A stretch of 64,000 nucleotides of DNA, taken from the sequence record LR756504.1; one strand, written 5' to 3'. This document shows positions 1 through 9,009 of this stretch, one piece after another. How positions within the stretch are numbered: position 1 is the stretch's first letter; the number at the start of each line of letters is the position of its first letter. The notes beneath the pieces are model-generated. The model made no database searches, was not told where the DNA came from, and saw only the letters and a list, made by a program, of their open reading frames with translations. Made by a program: the position numbers and the translations under genes.

Positions 1-141
1 TTTACTATAGAATCCATAGTACTAAGTAGAATCTCAATTCATATTGCAATAAAAGATACAAATGGATATGGTTGGTCAATTAATGATGAAAATATAAAAT
101 TGTTTACACACATAAACAGAGTTAATAGAATAAAAATTTAA
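1..141 (+). CDS. Partial hypothetical protein (5' end outside window), paralog of 149..433
   Basis: Frame 1 reads FTIESIVLSRISIHIAIKDTNGYGWSINDENIKLFTHINRVNRIKI*; shares HI-I---NGYGWSI with the next ORF. Confidence 0.75.
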   Translation, partial: FTIESIVLSRISIHIAIKDTNGYGWSINDENIKLFTHINRVNRIKI

Positions 142-148
142 ACCTATA

Positions 149-433
149 ATGGAATACAACGATTTTAAAAAATTAAATGTAGGTGATAATATCACAATTA
201 AAGAAAATCCAATTTCTTGGACATCCCACAATTATGGTAGATGTGGAACTGATAGAGTAAAGTATCCGTATACATTTACCATCGTTAAATTTGCATATTT
301 GAAAGGATTTTTTAATCATATTTCTATTATATGTCAAAACGGTTATGGTTGGTCAATTGAAGTGTCTAATTATGAAAAATTTGAAATTAATAAAAAAAGC
401 AGAAGAAGTAGAATCGAAAATTTGAATATATGA
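149..433 (+). CDS. Hypothetical protein with C-terminal RRSRIENL tag
   Basis: 94-aa ORF, ATGA overlap with next gene, paralog of upstream partial ORF. Confidence 0.8.
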   Translation: MEYNDFKKLNVGDNITIKENPISWTSHNYGRCGTDRVKYPYTFTIVKFAYLKGFFNHISIICQNGYGWSIEVSNYEKFEINKKSRRSRIENLNI

Positions 434-672
434 AAATTGAAATTGGTGATGTAATGATTTGTTTACCAGGATTTACTAATAACATTAGTAACTCTAACTA
501 TGGTGGTGCTGGGTATACAGAAAATAAAATATTTACCGTAGGGAGCATTACAGGTAACGGTAGAGTTATATGGGCTAATGATGAAAGTGGTAAAGGTGTT
601 TACAGTTATACATTAAAACATTATACTAATAGAAAATCAAGAATTGAAAAATTACACAATGAAAATTTATAA
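430..672 (+). CDS. Hypothetical protein with C-terminal RKSRIEKL tag
   Basis: 80-aa ORF, translationally coupled by ATGA. Confidence 0.8.
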   Translation: MKIEIGDVMICLPGFTNNISNSNYGGAGYTENKIFTVGSITGNGRVIWANDESGKGVYSYTLKHYTNRKSRIEKLHNENL

Positions 673-692
673 TAATAAATAAAATACCATTT

Positions 693-1121
693 TTATATTA
701 TATGATATTCTAAATAATTATGTTTCTCTATATACTCTTGTGGTGATTTATATTTTTCGGGGAAACCTTTCGACCTATCCCAACTTGGTTTTAGCATATC
801 TATTGCATACATAGCCCTAGCAATTGTTGGCTCATATGTAGAACCTAAACCAAAACCAGTTCCCCATTTAGATGATGGTTTATGTACAGATGCGAATCTG
901 AACTCACCATAACGATCATAATCAACTTTACCAATTTTATTATCCTTAGTAAATAAAAACCATGTCGATGGTTCTTCTGGTACTATAATATCAAATCCAT
1001 TTGATTTTAGCAGTTTTGCATATTGATTTAATGCTTCGGATGTAGAGTAAATTTCATCTTCCTCTTCTTCTTCCTCATCCCAATCTTCCGAGAAATCTTC
1101 AAACAATTTTAAGTATTTCAT
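693..1121 (-). CDS. Putative virion-internal protein (CTS-like N-terminus, acidic tract)
   Basis: Starts MKYLKLFEDFSEDWDEEEEEEDE; TTATATATA 4 nt upstream of ATG. Confidence 0.6.
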   Translation of the reverse strand: MKYLKLFEDFSEDWDEEEEEEDEIYSTSEALNQYAKLLKSNGFDIIVPEEPSTWFLFTKDNKIGKVDYDRYGEFRFASVHKPSSKWGTGFGLGSTYEPTIARAMYAIDMLKPSWDRSKGFPEKYKSPQEYIEKHNYLEYHII

Positions 1122-1124
1122 GAA

Positions 1125-1140
1125 CTATATATAATATATA
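1125..1140. promoter_or_regulatory. Back-to-back late-type promoter motifs (WWATATATA) for divergent genes 693..1121 and 1145..1699
   Basis: ctatatataatatata; each motif lies 4 nt from its ATG. Confidence 0.6.
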
Positions 1141-1144
1141 CTTT

Positions 1145-1699
1145 ATGAATTTCTACTCAAATTTCGATGATTTTCTATTAGAGAAAAATGGATTTACACA
1201 CAATGTATTATTATATAAATTAAATATTCCTGGATGGGAAAATATTATAAACAGTATTGATAAAGAAGATATTTGGAAAATAGAGAATACAGAATTACCT
1301 GGTATACCAGGTGGTTATCAATTGTATCCACATGTTACTTTATTGTATAATTTAAGAAATACAAATATAAACAAAATTGGTTCATTAATAAGCACCTTAG
1401 AACCTATTAAATTTGAAATTAATGGTATAAATATATTTAGAACATCTAAGGGATACGATGTATTAAAAATGTCTGTTAAACCAACCGAAGAACTTCTTTA
1501 TATACATCAAATATTTAAGGATATTTTTCATACAAATTCTAATGATGATTATACACCACATATTACAATAGCATACTTAAAAGAAGGTACTGCTCTAAAA
1601 TATGTTGATTATGAATATAAAAATATTATTTATTCCGATACTATCATATACAGTCTAAAAAGTGGTTATCAACTCGAATTTAAAATTGATGCTAAATAA
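1145..1699 (+). CDS. 2H phosphoesterase (2'-5' RNA ligase / Acb1-like fold) with CTS-like N-terminus
   Basis: Two HxT motifs: YPHVTLLY and TPHITIAYLKEG; N-terminus MNFYSNFDDFLLEK. Confidence 0.85.
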   Translation: MNFYSNFDDFLLEKNGFTHNVLLYKLNIPGWENIINSIDKEDIWKIENTELPGIPGGYQLYPHVTLLYNLRNTNINKIGSLISTLEPIKFEINGINIFRTSKGYDVLKMSVKPTEELLYIHQIFKDIFHTNSNDDYTPHITIAYLKEGTALKYVDYEYKNIIYSDTIIYSLKSGYQLEFKIDAK

Positions 1700-1704
1700 G
1701 TAGC

Positions 1705-2160
1705 TTAATTATAAAGATTATCAATTCTCGATTTTCTATCAAGTTTTACACATCTTTCATCAAATTCTATACGCTCTAATCCTTCCAATAAATAAACAAT
1801 ACTAAAATTTTTAACTTTAATTTTAACTATTTTACCTTTTATATTATGATTGTATAATATGGCTATTACTCTATCATCAATTTTAAATTTGACGTTTCTC
1901 AGTAATCGTTTCTTGTGCTTTATGTTTATTATTGATGTAATTAAAATATCTATTGAAATTAATGGACCACTCAACATAAGTAATATATTATATTTACTAA
2001 ATAAATCATTTGTATCAAAATATTTAGATACTAAATACGTATTACTACAGTCATATAACATGTTAGTTAAAATAACACCTATCACAAACCAAAGCACACC
2101 TATTATAATAAAAATTATTGCTGTCGTTACTATTGTTTCCATTAAATTAAAAATTATCAA
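1705..2160 (-). CDS. Membrane protein with C-terminal RKSRIDNL tag
   Basis: Hydrophobic N-terminal segments, then a small basic domain. Confidence 0.75.
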   Translation of the reverse strand: MIIFNLMETIVTTAIIFIIIGVLWFVIGVILTNMLYDCSNTYLVSKYFDTNDLFSKYNILLMLSGPLISIDILITSIINIKHKKRLLRNVKFKIDDRVIAILYNHNIKGKIVKIKVKNFSIVYLLEGLERIEFDERCVKLDRKSRIDNLYN

Positions 2161-2464
2161 CTAATGTTATTTCTATTTTTAGTGCATCTTCTACTATACT
2201 TTTAATCCAATGATAACCAAATAGCGATTCTTTTGTTCCACATTTTTCTATAGCTTCTTTATGTGTTATAATATTAGAATTAACTGATTTATTTAGAATC
2301 ATATTTCTAAACATATAAAAATCAACAATATCTAACATATATTGTTTACTTTTTAAATAATCTTTAATTTCTTCATCTTGTTTAATGAAATTTAACATTT
2401 CATAATTTACTCTACCCCCTGATAAGAAGTATTTCCATTTAGAACTTTTTGTTAATGATTGCAT
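2147..2464 (-). CDS. Hypothetical protein
   Basis: 105-aa ORF overlapping the downstream gene start. Confidence 0.7.
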   Translation of the reverse strand: MQSLTKSSKWKYFLSGGRVNYEMLNFIKQDEEIKDYLKSKQYMLDIVDFYMFRNMILNKSVNSNIITHKEAIEKCGTKESLFGYHWIKSIVEDALKIEITLVDNF

Positions 2465-2514
2465 AATATAAACTATGTGGGAATATTATAAAATTTAATA
2501 TGAATGATATGATA

Positions 2515-2922
2515 TTAATCATTATTAGCTTTTTTAGCGTTTTTTACTTTATTAACAAAGAAATTTTTCATTCTTGACGATATGTGACCATCAAATCCAA
2601 TATCATCAACTTTTTTTGAATATTCTTGTAAAATTAATTTGTAAATATAAATTTTATTTTTAATATCGCTTTCAAAAATATCTTTAAATATAACATTAAA
2701 TGTTGCTAATAATTTTGATACCCTTTTATCAACAATAGCTTCTTTATTTAAAATATATAAGACTTTAAATTCTTTTTCGCTACCAAACGTACCAACCATC
2801 AATTTTTCCATTTTATCTTGTGGAATTTGAGGAGCAGGTTCAATATCAGGTTTTGTCGTATTGCTTACAGGCTTAACATTAGTTCTAATATTACCTTCTG
2901 TTAAATTTGATTTCTTACTCAT
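2515..2922 (-). CDS. Hypothetical protein (start revised to MSKKSNL)
   Basis: ATG at 2922 follows a class-2 promoter at 2945-2973; the longer ORF-track start overlaps the opposite-strand gene. Confidence 0.7.
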   Translation of the reverse strand: MSKKSNLTEGNIRTNVKPVSNTTKPDIEPAPQIPQDKMEKLMVGTFGSEKEFKVLYILNKEAIVDKRVSKLLATFNVIFKDIFESDIKNKIYIYKLILQEYSKKVDDIGFDGHISSRMKNFFVNKVKNAKKANND

Positions 2923-2944
2923 ATTAAGTGTTTTTATTATGTGT

Positions 2945-2973
2945 ATTATAGTTAAAATAAATCTAAATGTTTC
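2945..2973 (-). promoter_or_regulatory. Class-2 promoter AAAC(A/T)TTT-N14-TATAAT
   Basis: Minus strand GAAACATTT-14 nt-TATAAT. Confidence 0.55.
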
Positions 2974-3031
2974 AGATTTCATACTTTTTTTCAAAAAACA
3001 ATTTAATATATAACAAAAACCCATAAATAAC

Positions 3032-3340
3032 ATGATAAAAATTACAAGTACTGCTAATAAAACAATTACAGTTAGCGATAATGGAACAAATGGTACGAGT
3101 GGTACACCCATATCTTCTTTTATATGTTTAGGGATTGATTGTGAAGTTAAGGTTTTTGATGATAATGTTGATCAATTCAATTATAAATATAGAGTTTTAA
3201 GAACTGTCAATATTACAAACAAATTCACAAAACTTTTAATAGCTACTGTAAATGTAGAAACATTAGATACATCATCATCAAGCTATAGTTCAAATATGGA
3301 TACGTATGCCAATAATTTAATAAGTATTTTATACGCTTAA
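3032..3340 (+). CDS. Hypothetical late protein
   Basis: 102-aa ORF preceded by TAATATATA. Confidence 0.6.
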   Translation: MIKITSTANKTITVSDNGTNGTSGTPISSFICLGIDCEVKVFDDNVDQFNYKYRVLRTVNITNKFTKLLIATVNVETLDTSSSSYSSNMDTYANNLISILYA

Positions 3341-3357
3341 AATAAATTTTGTCAAAA

Positions 3358-3516
3358 ATGAAGAAATTTACTGACTACCAATTAGTTATAGAAAAAAAGG
3401 AAATAGAAAGAAAGAAATATTTAGAAGTAATTCACTTACCCGAATTATCAATAACAAAAGAATCACTTAATGAATACCTTAAACTATACAATCTAAAATT
3501 AGAAGAATTAAAATGA
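3358..3516 (+). CDS. Small protein with CTS-like N-terminus (not in ORF track)
   Basis: MKKFTDYQLVIEKKEIERKKYLEVIHLPELSITKESLNEYLKLYNLKLEELK*, ATGA overlap with 3513. Confidence 0.65.
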   Translation: MKKFTDYQLVIEKKEIERKKYLEVIHLPELSITKESLNEYLKLYNLKLEELK

Positions 3517-3731
3517 AATATTTAAAAACATTTGAGAATTACTATCACGATGTTCTGAATTATTATATCAAGAAGTCTGAAGTAGAAAAAGAGAAAGATG
3601 GTGGAGATGATAATGATGAAAATCTACCCGATGACTTACTCGATGATGATGAAATAGAAGTTAATGATGTAACTAAACCTTTAAAATATGATGTTAATAA
3701 TTCTATAAACATCTTTAACAATTTAATGTAA
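3513..3731 (+). CDS. Small acidic protein with CTS-like N-terminus
   Basis: MKYLKTFENY...; Asp-rich middle. Confidence 0.7.
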   Translation: MKYLKTFENYYHDVLNYYIKKSEVEKEKDGGDDNDENLPDDLLDDDEIEVNDVTKPLKYDVNNSINIFNNLM

Positions 3732-3732
3732 T

Positions 3733-3762
3733 AAAAAAGGGATTCAAACGAATCCCTTTTTT
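3733..3762. terminator. Bidirectional intrinsic terminator
   Basis: aaaaaagggattc-aaac-gaatccctttttt between convergent genes. Confidence 0.9.
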
Positions 3763-3764
3763 AT

Positions 3765-5891
3765 TTATTTAACTATTGTCATAGATATACTATCAGGAAC
3801 AAAATCATACTTAGAAAACGTCATATTAGGGACTGCTCTTCCAGATGTTAGAGTTCTTAATGATGTAATATAACCAAACAACATTGATAGTGGAACTGAT
3901 GCAGTAATAAGCTGAGTATTTCCTTTATTGTCAATATTCGTAATAGAACCTCTTCTCTTATTCAAATCACCAGATACAGACCCAATAAAATCATCAGGTG
4001 TAGTTACAACTACTTCCATGATAGGTTCTAATAATTTTGGTTTAGCTTGTTTAGAAGCTACTTTAAATCCTTCTTTTGCTGCTAATTCAAATGACAATGC
4101 ATCAGAATCCACATCATGATAAGAACCATGTATAAGTCTAATTTTCATAGATTCTACAGGATAGCCACCTAAAGGACCATTTTTCATAGCTTCTTCAAAT
4201 CCTTTTTGAATAGGTGTGATAAATTCTTTTGGAATTACTCCACCAACTATTTCATTAACGAATTCCAAACCTAATTTTCCATCTTCACGTGGACCAATTT
4301 CAAACACAATATCAGCAAATTTACCTCTACCACCAGTTTGTTTACTGAATACTTCTCTATGTTGAAACTTATTAGTTAAGGTTTCTTTGTACGCAACTAA
4401 AGGCGCACCTTGTTTTACCTCAACACCATGATCACGTTTCAATGTTTCAAGTCTAACTTCTAAGTGAAGCTCACCCATACCCCTTATTATAGTTTGACCA
4501 GTTTCTTTATCAGTATTTACTCTAAGAGATGGATCCTCTTCAACTAATTTAGAAAGAGCAATTCCCAATTTATCAGAATCCGCTTGACTTTTTGCTTCAA
4601 TCGCATAACCTATCACAGGCTCAGGAAAAGACATAGACTCTAAAACAACTTTGTTATCAATAACAAGTGTATCACCAGTTCTAATATTCTTTATACCGAT
4701 AAACGCAACTATATCACCTGCTTCTGCACTTTCAATTTGAATTTGCTTATTCGAGTGCATTTGTACAATTCTTGATACTCTTTCTTTAGTACCTGTTCTC
4801 ATATTAATAATATAAGAACCTGCATTAATATGACCAGAATAACATCTAACATAACACAACTTACCATATTGGTCAGTTGTTATCTTAAAAGCAAGTCCAG
4901 TAAATGGTCTACCAATCGCTGGAGTAATCTCAACTTCTTCATCAGTATCAGTATTTATACCCTTTGTGATCCTATCTTTAGGTGAAGGAAGATATGCACA
5001 TACAGCATCTATTACAGACTGAACACCTTTATTTTTAAAGGCAGAACCGCAAAGAACTGGAAATATTTTCATTTCAACAGTAGCCTTTCTGATAACAGAT
5101 TTCACTTCTTCTTCACTAATTTCTTGATTATCCAAATATTTTAGCATAAGTTCATCATCATATTCAGATAGAGTTTCTAATAAAGATTTTCTGTATTCAT
5201 TTACAGTTTCTACTATATCTGTCGGAATTTCAATTTCTCTATAAGTTTTACCTTCATCTTCAGTATTCCATAGAATACCTTTCATTGCAATTAAATCAAC
5301 TACCCCGATAAAACCATCTTCTGAACCAATTGGTATTTGTAATGGTATTGCATTCGCACCGAGTTTTTCTCTTATAGTTTTAACAGCCTTAAAGAAGTTA
5401 GCACCCGCTCTATCCATTTTATTAACAAAACATACTCTTGGAACACCATAACGATCAGCTTGTCTCCAAACAGTCTCAGACTGTGGTTCTACACCCGATA
5501 CAGCGCAAAATAGAGCAACTGCACCATCCAATACTCTAAGTGAACGTTCTACCTCAACTGTAAAGTCAACATGTCCTGGTGTGTCTATAATGTTAATATT
5601 ATAGGATTCACTATTTGGTATAAGTTCACCTTGTGTTGTTGGATAGTTCCAAAATACTGTAGTTGCAGCAGAAGTAATCGTAATACCTCTTTCTTTTTCT
5701 AAATCCATATGGTCCATTGTAGCACCCGCACCATCTCTATCATGTACTTCACCAATTTTGTGTGTTTTACCCGTATAATATAAAATACGCTCTGTTGTTG
5801 TAGTTTTACCAGCATCGATATGGGCCATAATTCCAACATTTCTAAGTAGTCCGAGTTCCTTACCTTTCCTACCTGTATCCGAATCTTTCAT
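3765..5891 (-). CDS. fusA: Translation elongation factor G
   Basis: G1 [11 protein letters not shown]2 RGITI, G3 DTPGH, G4 NKMD, domain [11 protein letters not shown]; 708 aa; not in an rpsL-rpsG operon. Confidence 0.98.
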   Translation of the reverse strand: MKDSDTGRKGKELGLLRNVGIMAHIDAGKTTTTERILYYTGKTHKIGEVHDRDGAGATMDHMDLEKERGITITSAATTVFWNYPTTQGELIPNSESYNINIIDTPGHVDFTVEVERSLRVLDGAVALFCAVSGVEPQSETVWRQADRYGVPRVCFVNKMDRAGANFFKAVKTIREKLGANAIPLQIPIGSEDGFIGVVDLIAMKGILWNTEDEGKTYREIEIPTDIVETVNEYRKSLLETLSEYDDELMLKYLDNQEISEEEVKSVIRKATVEMKIFPVLCGSAFKNKGVQSVIDAVCAYLPSPKDRITKGINTDTDEEVEITPAIGRPFTGLAFKITTDQYGKLCYVRCYSGHINAGSYIINMRTGTKERVSRIVQMHSNKQIQIESAEAGDIVAFIGIKNIRTGDTLVIDNKVVLESMSFPEPVIGYAIEAKSQADSDKLGIALSKLVEEDPSLRVNTDKETGQTIIRGMGELHLEVRLETLKRDHGVEVKQGAPLVAYKETLTNKFQHREVFSKQTGGRGKFADIVFEIGPREDGKLGLEFVNEIVGGVIPKEFITPIQKGFEEAMKNGPLGGYPVESMKIRLIHGSYHDVDSDALSFELAAKEGFKVASKQAKPKLLEPIMEVVVTTPDDFIGSVSGDLNKRRGSITNIDNKGNTQLITASVPLSMLFGYITSLRTLTSGRAVPNMTFSKYDFVPDSISMTIVK

Positions 5892-5928
5892 TTTCTTTTT
5901 TTTTATTTTTTGGTTAATTTTTACAAAT

Positions 5929-5960
5929 AAAAAACCCTGAATTTTTTATGTTCAGGGTTT
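5929..5960 (-). terminator. Attenuator terminator upstream of fusA
   Basis: Minus strand AAACCCTGAA-9 nt-TTCAGGGTTT followed by a U-rich tract, 38 nt before the fusA ATG. Confidence 0.85.
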
Positions 5961-5986
5961 ATATGATTGATTAAAAGTATTAGAAT

Positions 5987-6058
5987 TTAGTCAATATATA
6001 CCCTGTCGTATCTTGATACGATAATTGTTTTGATAATAAATTTTAATACTGTTTTCAT
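5987..6058 (-). CDS. fusA leader peptide (23 aa)
   Basis: MKTVLKFIIKTIIVSRYDRVYID*; its 3' part contains CAGGGT, complementary to the 5' arm of the terminator. Confidence 0.75.
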   Translation of the reverse strand: MKTVLKFIIKTIIVSRYDRVYID

Positions 6059-6152
6059 AATATTCTATATATCTTTGTGTATTATACCTCTATAACGCAA
6101 AAATATCAAAAATGTTATATCTTTAAAGAAAACATTTTAAATATATATCATT

Positions 6153-6479
6153 ATGATATTCAATTTCACCAAATTTAATGAATCAAATACTGAAAATAAT
6201 AAAATATATCCATGTTATTGTTTTGCTGTTTATGATGATGAAGCACCTAAAAACTTAGAAAATATTAAAAAATTATTAAAATCAATAGATGGTATTCGAA
6301 TAATATATAATCATTATAATGATGGTGAAATATACTTACACGTAATAATACAAGATAAAGATGATGAATATTTAAAAACATACGTAAAAGATACATTATA
6401 CAAATTAGATAAACTTGCAGTTAATTTTTATATGTATAGCGAAAATGATATAAAATTTTTAATTGGTCATGGAAAATAA
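6153..6479 (+). CDS. Hypothetical late protein, weak paralog of 6463..6750
   Basis: TAAATATATA 5 nt upstream; N-terminus MIFNFTKFNES. Confidence 0.75.
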   Translation: MIFNFTKFNESNTENNKIYPCYCFAVYDDEAPKNLENIKKLLKSIDGIRIIYNHYNDGEIYLHVIIQDKDDEYLKTYVKDTLYKLDKLAVNFYMYSENDIKFLIGHGK

Positions 6480-6750
6480 TTATACTTGTTATAGACTAAC
6501 TTTACCAGAATCTAAAGATATAGTATCTAAATTTAGAGGACTTAAAAATAAGCTTAATGAAATTGAAGGATTAGAAGTATATCACTATAAATTAACTGCT
6601 GTTTTACATACTATAATCATTATAATAAAAGATGAAAAAAATCTTTATTTAGTCGATTATATAACTAATTGTTTAAAGAAACTTGGAAGGAATTTTAATA
6701 TGCTTTCTCTCACTGAAACCGATTTATTAAAATTGAGAAAATTAAAATAA
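6463..6750 (+). CDS. Hypothetical protein, weak paralog of 6153..6479
   Basis: LKNKLNEIEGLEV vs IKKLLKSIDGIRI pattern. Confidence 0.7.
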   Translation: MVMENNYTCYRLTLPESKDIVSKFRGLKNKLNEIEGLEVYHYKLTAVLHTIIIIIKDEKNLYLVDYITNCLKKLGRNFNMLSLTETDLLKLRKLK

Positions 6751-6751
6751 A

Positions 6752-7273
6752 TTATTCAACCCCATATTTACCGTAGCAATATACTTTATATTTAGAAATA
6801 TTTGACTTAAGGCTATTTAAAATACTTTCAAAATTATCAAAAGTTATTCTATTATCAAAGAAACCAATTGTCTCTAAAAACTTATCATTTTCTTCCATAT
6901 CATCATCTGAATTTTCATCTGAATAAACATCTTCATTAATGTAGAATACTAAATTAACTTTAAGCTTTTTTAAAGCATGAAAAATATTAACTTCTAAAAC
7001 AGTATCAAATGCTCTACCGTCAAATTCTTTTGTAATTATGAAATATATCATAGTAGAATTATTACTATCTTTTACATAAACATGCTCATTGTTAAATTCT
7101 GGAATAGCTTTAAAAACCATAGATTTTATATACTTAGTATAATTTGCTACTTCTGGTTCAGGTTTTCCAAACATAAATCTGCTAAATTTCTTTGTTTTAG
7201 CCATATCCTTTATTTCCGAATCGGGCAACTTTGCCATATCAGAATAATCATAATATTCTTTTATATACTTCAT
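6752..7273 (-). CDS. Putative virion-internal protein (CTS-like N-terminus)
   Basis: MKYIKEYYDY; TAAATATATA 4 nt upstream. Confidence 0.6.
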   Translation of the reverse strand: MKYIKEYYDYSDMAKLPDSEIKDMAKTKKFSRFMFGKPEPEVANYTKYIKSMVFKAIPEFNNEHVYVKDSNNSTMIYFIITKEFDGRAFDTVLEVNIFHALKKLKVNLVFYINEDVYSDENSDDDMEENDKFLETIGFFDNRITFDNFESILNSLKSNISKYKVYCYGKYGVE

Positions 7274-7357
7274 ATTGTATATATTTAAAACATTTCTCTT
7301 TTTTAATACATCTCAACATGTTGATTATAAACAGTTTATTTAAAATTATTAGATTTT

Positions 7358-7386
7358 AAAACTTTTCAATTTCTAATCAATATAAT
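7358..7386 (+). promoter_or_regulatory. Class-2 promoter
   Basis: AAAACTTTT-14 nt-TATAAT, ATG 4 nt later. Confidence 0.6.
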
Positions 7387-7390
7387 GTCT

Positions 7391-7597
7391 ATGGAAAAGG
7401 TATTAATTATTTCTTCAATCATATTGACAGTTCTATCAATTGGTTGATTTGGTGTATACACAATCAAAACATCCGTCGGAAAATTATTGATGTGTCAAGA
7501 CAACAGAGAATTTTCCGATATAATGGGAAATGAGCTTATATCAGAAATACAAAAAGATTCTGTGAAAGTATTTAAAATAGATAAAAAACAAGAATAA
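7391..7597 (+). pseudogene. Small membrane-anchored protein interrupted by one in-frame TGA (7445-7447)
   Basis: MEKVLIISSIILTVLSIG*FGVYTIKTSVGKLLMCQDNREFSDIMGNELISEIQKDSVKVFKIDKKQE*. Confidence 0.6.
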
Positions 7598-7618
7598 AAA
7601 CTTTAAAATTAAATTAAT

Positions 7619-7834
7619 ATGTCAATAGTAAGAAGTAGGGAAGATGAATTAGATAGATTGGAGAAAGCACATAGCGCATTATCCGATATAGCTTTTAGTA
7701 GCGCATATAGCTCTCACCACGATACTTTAGTCAATGATATTATAAATTTTGACGAATTTACAGAAGTTTATGATAAAATTGCTAAATGGAGTATTGAATT
7801 TAGAAAGAGAGTAGATGATATTGAATATCAATAA
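7619..7834 (+). CDS. Hypothetical protein
   Basis: 71-aa ORF with A-rich leader. Confidence 0.7.
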   Translation: MSIVRSREDELDRLEKAHSALSDIAFSSAYSSHHDTLVNDIINFDEFTEVYDKIAKWSIEFRKRVDDIEYQ

Positions 7835-7865
7835 CATTTTTTTTCAATTTAACGTTATATAAATT

Positions 7866-8327
7866 ATGTTAATATTCACCATATTACTTTCAATAATAGC
7901 AAATATTGGTATTGGCGCAATATCATGTGGGTTAGCTTCTATAACTATGAATATGTTTAATGAAGATTATGAAAACTATTTAGCCAGATTAAATTTTTTA
8001 CAGACTATAATACTTTTCTCATTTGGCGTATTAGCCATTTTCACAATACCTTATGCTATAATAAAAAGTGATAAAAATATTATCAAGAGAACAAGATTTA
8101 AACTTGGTGAAAATGTAAAAATAAAAAAGAATGAGATAGAAAAACATTATTCTAAAGAAAGTGCAATTCATAGAGAAAATTGGGTTTATAAAGTAAATTC
8201 AATGTCTGTACGTAATGGTAGATTAGTATATACTATTGCACATGATGGTGGTATGATAATTCGCTTGTATTCATCGGATGTCGAAAAAGTTTTAAGTAGA
8301 AAAGAAAGAATAAAAAATTTATGTTAA
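7866..8327 (+). CDS. Membrane protein with C-terminal RKERIKNL tag
   Basis: Two hydrophobic helices plus a basic C-terminal domain; architecture like 1705..2160. Confidence 0.75.
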   Translation: MLIFTILLSIIANIGIGAISCGLASITMNMFNEDYENYLARLNFLQTIILFSFGVLAIFTIPYAIIKSDKNIIKRTRFKLGENVKIKKNEIEKHYSKESAIHRENWVYKVNSMSVRNGRLVYTIAHDGGMIIRLYSSDVEKVLSRKERIKNLC

Positions 8328-8752
8328 TTTTAATCATAGCAATTTTTTTAATATTTGGACTGGGTACATGGTATGCAGTTCATACAGATGAAACTTATGA
8401 TAAAATTAATGGAGTAATTAAATATAAATACACCAATGTTATTACGGATTTAAAACCAGGTGATGATTTTTCTTGTCGCATAGATGGTGATAGATGTGTA
8501 GGCAAAATACAGATTATATCAAATCGTGTTTATTTATGTCAAGATGTTAGCTATGGTGTAGCACCTGCGTGGCATTCACATCGTGATAAAATGGGATATG
8601 CTTATAGTTGGTTTGCTGGATATATTTATTTAACTAAAGGAATTAATACAAGAGTATTACAAGAATTTTTACAGTCCATTGAAAAGTACAGTATTACCGA
8701 CTTTAAGTTGAGGGATAATAGTAGGAAAGAAAGAATAAAAAGGTTGTATTAA
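8321..8752 (+). CDS. Membrane-anchored protein with C-terminal RKERIKRL tag
   Basis: N-terminal hydrophobic helix. Confidence 0.75.
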   Translation: MLILIIAIFLIFGLGTWYAVHTDETYDKINGVIKYKYTNVITDLKPGDDFSCRIDGDRCVGKIQIISNRVYLCQDVSYGVAPAWHSHRDKMGYAYSWFAGYIYLTKGINTRVLQEFLQSIEKYSITDFKLRDNSRKERIKRLY

Positions 8753-9009
8753 TTCTCTTTTTTATCATTAAGCTTTCTAAGTTCTTCTAATATTTCCAAA
8801 GAATTATTAAGTATTTTTCCAAATTTAGTTTCTTCAAAGCAATTCAATTCGGTGAGAGTATTTCTATCAGTTTTACTACCGTTCTCTCTCCACCAATTTT
8901 CAAATACTTCATTATTTCCCAATTCGCATGCACGTGGTTCATCGGGAGTATAAACTTTTATTTTACCTATTTTATAAAATTTACAATTTGGACAATTTTT
9001 ATTTTTCAT
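8749..9009 (-). CDS. Cys-containing hypothetical protein (CPNC...C...C)
   Basis: 86-aa ORF, ATGA-coupled to upstream gene. Confidence 0.7.
   Translation of the reverse strand: MKNKNCPNCKFYKIGKIKVYTPDEPRACELGNNEVFENWWRENGSKTDRNTLTELNCFEETKFGKILNNSLEILEELRKLNDKKEN

Noticed and set aside
1850-2164. Opposite-strand and overlapping ORF-track entries (for example 1850..2164, 3928..4119, 12864..13166, 29199..29462, 35221..35655, 40514..40954, 46489..46842, 56743..57051)
   Set aside because: They lie antisense to or inside better-supported genes and have no promoter or family motifs; shadow ORFs
2923-3111. Long N-terminal extensions in the ORF track (2515..3111, 17341..17958, 53142..54026, 61987..62616, 26545..26952)
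   Set aside because: Extensions overlap neighbouring genes or promoters; internal ATGs match promoter spacing or family starts
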